Of a stretch of DNA of 40,597 nt, positions 33,812-40,597 are shown one piece after another. The notes below the pieces were generated by a model. It saw only the letters and a list, made by a program, of their open reading frames with translations. It did no database searches and was not told where the DNA came from. Source of the stretch: a virus (Duplodnaviria > Caudoviricetes); the IMG/VR virus record IMGVR_UViG_3300043432_000041, positions 1 to 40,597 of that record; one strand, written 5' to 3'. Numbering within the stretch: position 1 is the first letter of the stretch; every line of letters begins with the position of its first letter. A program made the translations under genes and the position numbers.

Positions 33812-35467
33812 TTATCCGCGCCACTGCGCGAATAATGTCTGGTAACTTTCCGTTCCCTTGAATATCACGGTCGTTCCTGTAACTACCGCCTCCAATGGAT
33901 AAATTGTATTTATTCCGAGTAAAGGAGGCGATATGTATTTGGCATACAAAGTAGCAAATATATTTGCATTGTTAAGAACATTGCCGCCGCCCTGTACGCC
34001 CGTCGCAGTCGCCTGTGAATTGATGCCGATGCCGGTAAGTCCTACCGGATTAGTGCCACCAGCACCGGCAATCATCTGGTCGAAGGAAAAGGTGTAAGGT
34101 TCCTCCGCAAGTCCTGAAAGAACGGTTAGATTGTTTGCGGTCGTGGCATTGGATACTCTAAACGTACCGCCTGTCGCATAATTCCATGATGCCGTGCTCT
34201 CGCCAGCCTTCAGATAGAGCGGTACTTTATTGAAGGCATTCCAGATACCCCATTGGCGATTTTGGCCGAAGGTACGATGAAGATTGACCGTTCCCGCAGT
34301 TGCCGGATTGATGTAAATAGTGCCGAGATACAGCCCGCTCCCGGTCGCAACCGTGGAACTGCTGGCACCATTAAGGAATGTCTGCTGCGTATTGTTTATG
34401 AACAGACCATTGGCCCTGACCAGTGCGGTCGTAGTGCCACGCGCACAAGATCCAGGAGTTACAGAACCGCCGCCATTGGCCCATGAGACGCTTAAACCGA
34501 AGTTTAATGCGCCTCCGCTAGTAAATGCATAGACGTCATATAAATTGCTGACTGCTTGACTTGCACTCAGGGTAATCGCCGTTTCGCTGAAGGTCGTAAG
34601 GGAAAACACCCCTGCTACCGGAATGGGGATCTGGTTTCCGTTGAACGGCGTGTAATAGATCGTCCCGGCACTTGTGACATCGCCGGTAACAACAGGGGTA
34701 ATGCTGGTAGGAGTCAAATATCCTTGTGGTACGAGTTGCGGAGCGGCTGAATTGACCCATACGCTGCCGTTATAATATTCGATGACGCCGGAACCCGTAT
34801 TCAAGCCCATATCGCCAGCAGCCGGGGAAGGTGTTCGAGCCGCCGTAGCTCGTGATGGTACAAGCAGATTATCCTTGCTCAATCCGCCATAGAGCATGGT
34901 AATAGTAGCTCCGGTGGCATGTGTTGCCCCGGTTGTTCCCATTATTCCACGTGCGTTGATCGTCAGTCCCGCGGCACTCGCCACCGTGTAGGACATGATT
35001 TCATTGTTGGCTAAAAGATATCCGTTCGTAGCCCAATTGGTCGTAGAGCCTACCGCGATGGCACCCGTGCTTGCGGTAGCAAGCGATACGAGATTGCTGG
35101 ATGTAGTAGCGTCCGCAGTATCAAGAATTACGAATGTCTTGGCATAAGCCGACTGAGAAAATGCCGCGACCTGATCCGCATTCAATGTCAATGCATTCAA
35201 GCCATTGGAGGATAAACCAAGGCCATTGGCGCTGACGTAATAAAGACCTGTCGTAGCGTCAGCCGTGAATGAAATGGATGGCGCACCGGCTGATCCGGTG
35301 ATGGCTTTCAAGGCAGCTGTCATGCCTGCCTGTCCGTCGCGTGTCAGGCAATCGGACAGGCCGGTGGCGATGTCGCTAAAGTTTTGGTTTACGGCTGCGG
35401 ACAGTATCGTAGTATTGGGTACGAAAGAATTAATGATACTGAATGAGCCACTTCCGTTGAAAGGCAG
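33812..35467 (-). CDS. Tail fibre / spike protein with probable CTG start at 35467
   Basis: In-frame upstream extension PFNGSGSF...NFSDIATGLSDCLTRDGQ and AGGAGG RBS before CTG; PQGYLT, YYTPFNG, YLGTI, IWNAFN. Confidence 0.7.
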   Translation of the reverse strand: MPFNGSGSFSIINSFVPNTTILSAAVNQNFSDIATGLSDCLTRDGQAGMTAALKAITGSAGAPSISFTADATTGLYYVSANGLGLSSNGLNALTLNADQVAAFSQSAYAKTFVILDTADATTSSNLVSLATASTGAIAVGSTTNWATNGYLLANNEIMSYTVASAAGLTINARGIMGTTGATHATGATITMLYGGLSKDNLLVPSRATAARTPSPAAGDMGLNTGSGVIEYYNGSVWVNSAAPQLVPQGYLTPTSITPVVTGDVTSAGTIYYTPFNGNQIPIPVAGVFSLTTFSETAITLSASQAVSNLYDVYAFTSGGALNFGLSVSWANGGGSVTPGSCARGTTTALVRANGLFINNTQQTFLNGASSSTVATGSGLYLGTIYINPATAGTVNLHRTFGQNRQWGIWNAFNKVPLYLKAGESTASWNYATGGTFRVSNATTANNLTVLSGLAEEPYTFSFDQMIAGAGGTNPVGLTGIGINSQATATGVQGGGNVLNNANIFATLYAKYISPPLLGINTIYPLEAVVTGTTVIFKGTESYQTLFAQWRG

Positions 35468-35476
35468 TTTCGCCTC

Positions 35477-36715
35477 CTATTGCTGCTGTCCTGCACCAGC
35501 CAGCAATGCTCTTATCAATGCAGCTTTTGCATCTGCATTGGCTGGCGCGAATGTTCCGCGTGTTGATGTCTGTCCTAACGGTGTATTGGCTCGCAAGGCA
35601 TTGCTTAATGCTTCAAGATGACTAATCGCGGCTTCATTGGCACCATGCTTGAGAACCGCACCGGCAATCGGAAGTGTTCCTGCCGCTATTCCGGCAATGG
35701 TAGGATTGCCACCAGAAGCAAGATAGCCAAGAGCGCCGCTGCCACCCATTGTAAGAGCTTGGCCAAGACCGCCTCCACCTCCTAGGACATTCCCCCAATG
35801 GCGCATAAAGTTTTCCGGACGAGTGCCATAAACTAAAGCTTCCGCTTGTTGCCTGATTTCAGGTGTGAGTGTTCTGGCTTCCGGAGAAAGTAGTAATGAA
35901 GTAATATTCGACTTGATCGTGTTCCCTATATTGCGTCCTGAATTTGCGGAAGCCGCTCGCAATTCCGACCGATAAAGTCTTTTGTCCAATCCCTCCGATG
36001 CTTTTCCTCCAGCATAATTTGCATTACCAGTAATAAATAGATCACCCTCCGGTGTACCCCTTACAATATCATCAAGACCATGTTTTGCTGTTGTTGAACT
36101 GCTCAGATCGGTTGCTGCTGTCAATGCGGTACTTTTTGCCGAGTTCTTTTGAACAGCTAATAATTCATCACGGCTTTGTGCAATGTCTTTCAATGTAATT
36201 GGCATACCAGAATTAGTTTTTTCTTCTAATGCATCCAAAGCATCATGCGTTGCCTGAGATACTCTCCTAGTAGGCAATTGCTGTCTGATAGCATTAATGC
36301 CTTCCTGTACTTGCGCAGGTTGAAACATAAGACCACTATTAATGGCTTCATCAATTTGATTCCCGCCCCGCTGAATCAATTGTTTTACAGTAGGAGCAGA
36401 TGCCGTAATACTGGGCAAAACACTTGTAGGAGCAACCCCGCCAAGCGTCGTAACGCGCTTCATGAATTCTGGATTATTCACATCTACTTGCGTGTTTCCC
36501 TGATAAACATCACCGGGAAGTTTGACGGCTGAATATATGTCCTGCGCCATTCGCGCAGGCCAAGTCTGCGCCAGTTTGTTTAGAATTGTCGGCGGCTGTT
36601 GCGGAGCATTCAATTGCTCAAGCAAAGCCGGATCGGTAACAGGACGCGGCACATTGGAGCCAGCGTTAAGCTGCTGCAAGATATCCGGATCTGTTACTGG
36701 TTGATAATCCGGCAT
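35477..36715 (-). CDS. Putative internal virion / DNA ejection protein
   Basis: Ala/Gly-rich 412 aa, with a duplicated PVTDPxxLxQLN at the N-terminus; position. Confidence 0.55.
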   Translation of the reverse strand: MPDYQPVTDPDILQQLNAGSNVPRPVTDPALLEQLNAPQQPPTILNKLAQTWPARMAQDIYSAVKLPGDVYQGNTQVDVNNPEFMKRVTTLGGVAPTSVLPSITASAPTVKQLIQRGGNQIDEAINSGLMFQPAQVQEGINAIRQQLPTRRVSQATHDALDALEEKTNSGMPITLKDIAQSRDELLAVQKNSAKSTALTAATDLSSSTTAKHGLDDIVRGTPEGDLFITGNANYAGGKASEGLDKRLYRSELRAASANSGRNIGNTIKSNITSLLLSPEARTLTPEIRQQAEALVYGTRPENFMRHWGNVLGGGGGLGQALTMGGSGALGYLASGGNPTIAGIAAGTLPIAGAVLKHGANEAAISHLEALSNALRANTPLGQTSTRGTFAPANADAKAALIRALLAGAGQQQ

Positions 36716-38448
36716 TACATGCCCTCATGCCATGTGCCGTTTATCTTGAAATAAGTCTTGCCATTGAGTGTTCTTGTCTCACTAGGAACATTGCCTTTGC
36801 CGCTCAAATCCATGCGGATTGGATTATTCGTTAGCGGATTGATGATCGGATGATCCTCAAAGAACCTGTTCTTTTCCGCCATATAATCGAAGCCGGGTTG
36901 TCCAATATTAGCCTGAGCCATTGTTGTAAATTGGCCGTTAAGCTTGGTGATCTGTGTCAACATATCGATAAGAGCCAAAGCACCGGCTTTAGAATTGTGC
37001 GAACCAGGAACTGATTTCATTCCTTGGAACAGAGAAGCATCGGTCGAGCCGACTTGACGGCCAACCAATGTCTGCAACTGTGCGGAAAGCTTTTCAAAGC
37101 TATCGGCGGAGGCAATACCCTCAAGATCGTTCTGGCTCATCATGCCGGGAGCATGTTGAGCAATGCTGCGTTTTAGATTTGTAACCCAATCAGCGGTTGG
37201 ACCCCAGACCATTTTATCGCCATGAGATTGAATATCGTCCTTCATGGCGGATAGTGTCTGCTGGATGGGAATATTATTGAAGGCTGTTATCTGATCCTGA
37301 TTGATCTGTTCCCGTGTTGCCTTATCCCGCGCTCCCTGCGCGGCTATGTTCCGTCCTGCATTATATAGTTGCTGGAAACCGCCCTGTATTCCTTGTGCTT
37401 GGCCTTGTGGCGCACCGCCTTCTCCCGGTGCAGGCTGGGGAATGGTAGTTGATACAGAACCTTCCGCACCTACTGTTGCCGGTGCGCGGAAACCTCTGGT
37501 AACTCCCGGTTGAGTTGGTGTTTGTTGAATGCCGCCTATTGCCGTTTCCGTAGTTGGACGGCCATAGACATCCCGTTCCGTGCTGATCTTCGGCTCGATC
37601 AAGCTGCGGTAATATTGCTTAGTGGCTTCCGGAACATTTGGATTGTTTAGAATGGCTGCGTAATTGTTAGCATCGACCGGACTGGCTTGCGCCATTCTTT
37701 GTGGTTGCTGACCTATCATTCCAGTAATCGGACGGCCATTTTCAACAAGTCCCATGCCAGCCGCCAATTGAGAACGAACGCCTGGATCATCCATATTCAA
37801 CGGCGTATTAGGGGAAATCCCCATTTGTTTGGAGACTGTCGAAGCATAGGCCATCGGATTGTTGCTTGCTTCCGACGCCGGCGCCCAACGGCTTGCGATG
37901 GCTAACGGTGTATTCAAACCTTTCTTTCCGTAGGAAGCCAACAGGCTATCCATTGCTTGCAATCCGGCCTGCGGTGAATTGAAAATTGCAAAGCGTCCAT
38001 CACTGCCGACATATCCAGGCATTGACTTGGCGAATGGGCCATCCTCGATATTACCTGGATTGTTGTTTCGTATTCCGCGAGGCTGGTTTGTGCCGGGTTG
38101 ATTTGGTGCAAGCGCCGACTGCCCCGGCACCGGAGTCGGCGCGGCCTGTCCTTGGCCGCCAAGCAACTGATTAATGACGGGAGCTTGTTGTTGGGTTGCT
38201 TGACCAACACCGGCTTGCTGCAAGCCAGTAGCTCGATTGGCCTGTTGTCGTCCTAGTAATTGTTGGACGATATTAGCGGCTCCCATGAATGGACTGAAAT
38301 AGGCCGTTCCTGCCGCTTGTAGCGGCTGAAGTCTGTTCTGCGGATTAAGAAGTTGTTCCGCGTACAAACGCATCTGCGCTTGCTGTTCCGGTGTCGAAAC
38401 CGGAACATCGGGAGCATTAGGGAATGGTCTAAGAATATCTGTCGGCAT
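36715..38448 (-). CDS. Putative DNA ejection protein with a lysozyme-like domain
   Basis: RGIRNNNPGNI...GRFAIF...RWAP...NN...Y...VENG; Q/G-rich. Confidence 0.6.
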   Translation of the reverse strand: MPTDILRPFPNAPDVPVSTPEQQAQMRLYAEQLLNPQNRLQPLQAAGTAYFSPFMGAANIVQQLLGRQQANRATGLQQAGVGQATQQQAPVINQLLGGQGQAAPTPVPGQSALAPNQPGTNQPRGIRNNNPGNIEDGPFAKSMPGYVGSDGRFAIFNSPQAGLQAMDSLLASYGKKGLNTPLAIASRWAPASEASNNPMAYASTVSKQMGISPNTPLNMDDPGVRSQLAAGMGLVENGRPITGMIGQQPQRMAQASPVDANNYAAILNNPNVPEATKQYYRSLIEPKISTERDVYGRPTTETAIGGIQQTPTQPGVTRGFRAPATVGAEGSVSTTIPQPAPGEGGAPQGQAQGIQGGFQQLYNAGRNIAAQGARDKATREQINQDQITAFNNIPIQQTLSAMKDDIQSHGDKMVWGPTADWVTNLKRSIAQHAPGMMSQNDLEGIASADSFEKLSAQLQTLVGRQVGSTDASLFQGMKSVPGSHNSKAGALALIDMLTQITKLNGQFTTMAQANIGQPGFDYMAEKNRFFEDHPIINPLTNNPIRMDLSGKGNVPSETRTLNGKTYFKINGTWHEGM

Positions 38449-38455
38449 TTTTCAC

Positions 38456-39196
38456 CTATAGGAACATGCTCAGCAAGTTTCCGCCAAGACCCCATATTCC
38501 TTGATTCATTGCCGCGTTCTGCGCGGTATTCCCGAGATACTGGTTCTGCACGGCTTGCTGATAGTTTGGTGTCTGTACTTGTGCCTGTGGTGTTTGCACG
38601 GTCGAAGTATTCGGAAGGGTTGGAGGAGCAGACAATTCCGCTGCCGTCTGCATTGGTAATTTATATTCCTGAATTGCCTGATTGAAGGCTGTTGGTTCTG
38701 CCTGCATCAACAAGTTGGTGTAAGCATTATTGACATTACGCGATTGCAGATTTTGTGCGTTATTCCAAGCCTCATCCCCCGGTGCTATTCCTTGGTTTCT
38801 CAGGTTAGCGTCCAGATTTGATTGCTGCATGTTGAAGATGGGTTGCATATATTGCTGGCCCCATCCCATGACTTTATTAGTCAATGTCGATGGATCGATG
38901 TTCGGAGGTTGTCCGTATAACCCACCAAAACTACTTGTTAATTGTGCTGCCGCACTTCCTGTTCCGGCTCTTACTCTCTGCTGTGCATCAAGAATTGCCT
39001 GTTGTGCGGGTGACAAGTTGATATTAGCGGTATAGCCACCGGGAGAGTTAGGATCAGGCTGATAAGCCAAGCTACCAAATGGGGTAACTTGGTTAATCAT
39101 ATTGGCTTGTTGCTGTGCCTGCGCGGCTTCCTTACTGAAACCTAACTGTGTATTTGCAGTCGCATAAGGATCCGGTGCAGATGGTCCAAAACTCAT
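38456..39196 (-). CDS. Putative DNA transfer / pilot protein
   Basis: PSAPDP, NQVTPFGSL, LRNQGIAPGDEAW; Q/N-rich. Confidence 0.55.
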   Translation of the reverse strand: MSFGPSAPDPYATANTQLGFSKEAAQAQQQANMINQVTPFGSLAYQPDPNSPGGYTANINLSPAQQAILDAQQRVRAGTGSAAAQLTSSFGGLYGQPPNIDPSTLTNKVMGWGQQYMQPIFNMQQSNLDANLRNQGIAPGDEAWNNAQNLQSRNVNNAYTNLLMQAEPTAFNQAIQEYKLPMQTAAELSAPPTLPNTSTVQTPQAQVQTPNYQQAVQNQYLGNTAQNAAMNQGIWGLGGNLLSMFL

Positions 39197-39609
39197 TGGA
39201 TTGTCTTTCCAACTAGACGGGCAAGGTTCTTTCCGTAAAGCCCGTACATGATTGCATCGTGATCGCCATAGCCGAAATGGCGAACTCCTTCGTACTCGAA
39301 ACCGAGTTTCTTGATCTTCTTCGTTACCGACTTGTTGCTGCGCGATGTCCGCGCTGTGATGCGCGAAACACCTAATTGATTGACCGCCAACTTGGCCAGT
39401 GACTTCACGATGCCGAGCGTGATTGTCTTAGGCCCGTAATAGGATATCTCGATATCGTTGCCGTTGTAGGCATGATACAGACATGCCCCGACGATGTTGT
39501 TGTATTCGATGATACCTACTGCCCAATCATAGGGGACCGGCGTGTAATGGAACCTGTTGAAGGCCCATTCCGCCACTTGCTTGTCGCATCCGATAAGGAG
39601 GGTTTTCAT
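39193..39609 (-). CDS. GNAT-fold protein of the podovirus tail module
   Basis: QLGVSRITART...KLGFEYEGVR...MYGL; lies between tail tubular B and the ejection genes. Confidence 0.7.
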   Translation of the reverse strand: MKTLLIGCDKQVAEWAFNRFHYTPVPYDWAVGIIEYNNIVGACLYHAYNGNDIEISYYGPKTITLGIVKSLAKLAVNQLGVSRITARTSRSNKSVTKKIKKLGFEYEGVRHFGYGDHDAIMYGLYGKNLARLVGKTIQ

Positions 39610-40597
39610 CAGTAGAAACCTACTCCTTTCTCCATCGTCAGATCCCAGCCGTTCAATTGCAGGGTAACGCCGTTCTGCGATCCATTATCCGCAGTAACTA
39701 CTTGCGTGATGATCGAGGCGCACATTCCTATGCCGTCCACTGTCGTCCAATTGGCAATCAACCCACTCTCGATCGGCCAGACCGCAACGTCCCATTGCGC
39801 CACATCCCATTGAGCACCGATTGCCGTAATCGTACTAGGCACTGAAATCGGAGCGCCGACCTGGAAATCTATGTTAAGTCCCACGCCTGGAGTTACCGAG
39901 TTATCGCTATTGAATATCGGTCTGATGGCCGTAAAACGTTTCTTGTAGCCTCGTGTATTGAAGTAGTTGAATGCCGTTCGCACGGTCGCAGTGACGGGAT
40001 AATTCTCATCCCCGACTTCATCGCCGGATCCATAATCCCATTCATAAACCCGACCGTCATCCGCTCCATAATAGGGTTTGTTATTGAATACTTCCCATGA
40101 AATAGCCGACATCCCGGTGAAACGGCACCATGCGCCAGTAATTGTATTCATCACGTATTGAATAGTCGCGCCATGATCCGAGATAGGCACATTCAGGATC
40201 ATCAAGGTTCCTTTCGGATAGGCTATCATCTGCCATCCGAAATTGGTTCCGTATTGCTGAATGCTTTGATTGATCGCATTCATGATGTTCTTGCTGACCG
40301 ACACCACAGGCGCGGCCACGACATCTATGGATTGAGAAAGTAATTCAGTAAGCGGGATTATCCCTTGTTGTGTCAGTATCCAAAGATTTCCTGAAATTCG
40401 CAGAAAGCATCGTTGTCCAATAGGATCTCCAACGTTATAGACACCGACAAGGGCAAATGTATTTGCAGTGCTTGGATCCGTGCCTTGATAAACGAATACC
40501 TGACCCTTGGATGAAATGAAGGCCAGATATTCATCGACCGTCTGTTTTGTGTCGATCGTCCAGGTTCCTATGGCTATGATTGAGCCGCCCATGCCCA
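39609..40597 (-). CDS. C-terminal part of tail tubular B / DNA stabilisation-like protein (begins at 749 across the join)
   Basis: YQGTDP, QYVMNTITGAWCRFTG, AFNYF, WDVAQWD; frame open through the window end. Confidence 0.75.
   Translation of the reverse strand, partial: GMGGSIIAIGTWTIDTKQTVDEYLAFISSKGQVFVYQGTDPSTANTFALVGVYNVGDPIGQRCFLRISGNLWILTQQGIIPLTELLSQSIDVVAAPVVSVSKNIMNAINQSIQQYGTNFGWQMIAYPKGTLMILNVPISDHGATIQYVMNTITGAWCRFTGMSAISWEVFNNKPYYGADDGRVYEWDYGSGDEVGDENYPVTATVRTAFNYFNTRGYKKRFTAIRPIFNSDNSVTPGVGLNIDFQVGAPISVPSTITAIGAQWDVAQWDVAVWPIESGLIANWTTVDGIGMCASIITQVVTADNGSQNGVTLQLNGWDLTMEKGVGFY
40471..40597. repeat. 127-bp terminal direct repeat, copy 2
   Basis: Identical to 1-127. Confidence 0.97.

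Noticed and set aside
40471-40597. 127-bp terminal repeat as a biological phage DTR
   Set aside because: It falls mid-gene and 127 is a common assembler k-mer length, so it is best read as circular overlap.

Overview
The window is an apparently complete, circularly assembled tailed-phage genome of 40,470 bp. Bases 1-127 are repeated exactly at 40471-40597, and one virion gene runs across that join. The layout is podovirus-like: TerS, TerL, portal, scaffold, major capsid, tail tubular proteins, GNAT, ejection proteins, tail fibre and lysis genes lie on the minus strand, and a plus-strand accessory arm spans about 24.6-31.5 kb. An alphaproteobacterial host is inferred, not proven. Four observations stand out. 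(1) The phage carries nonulosonic (sialic-acid-like) sugar genes (NeuB-type synthase, SAM methyltransferase, cytidylyltransferase, DegT aminotransferase, PtmA-like SDR) plus a Maf/DUF115-type transferase inside the capsid operon next to Ser/Thr-rich virion proteins, suggesting virion glycosylation. (2) Sixteen copies of a 27-bp imperfect palindrome (11-5-11; best copy ATTCGGTTTAT-N5-ATCAATCGAAT) sit at junctions of small genes, mostly in three arrays, resembling integron/pdif-like cassettes, yet no recombinase is encoded. (3) The portal gene appears split in two by a ~1.2-kb insertion. (4) An IS1595-family element lies between the terminase genes. No integrase, CI-type repressor, polymerase, helicase or primase was recognised. 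All protein calls come from motif recognition by eye; no database search was run.
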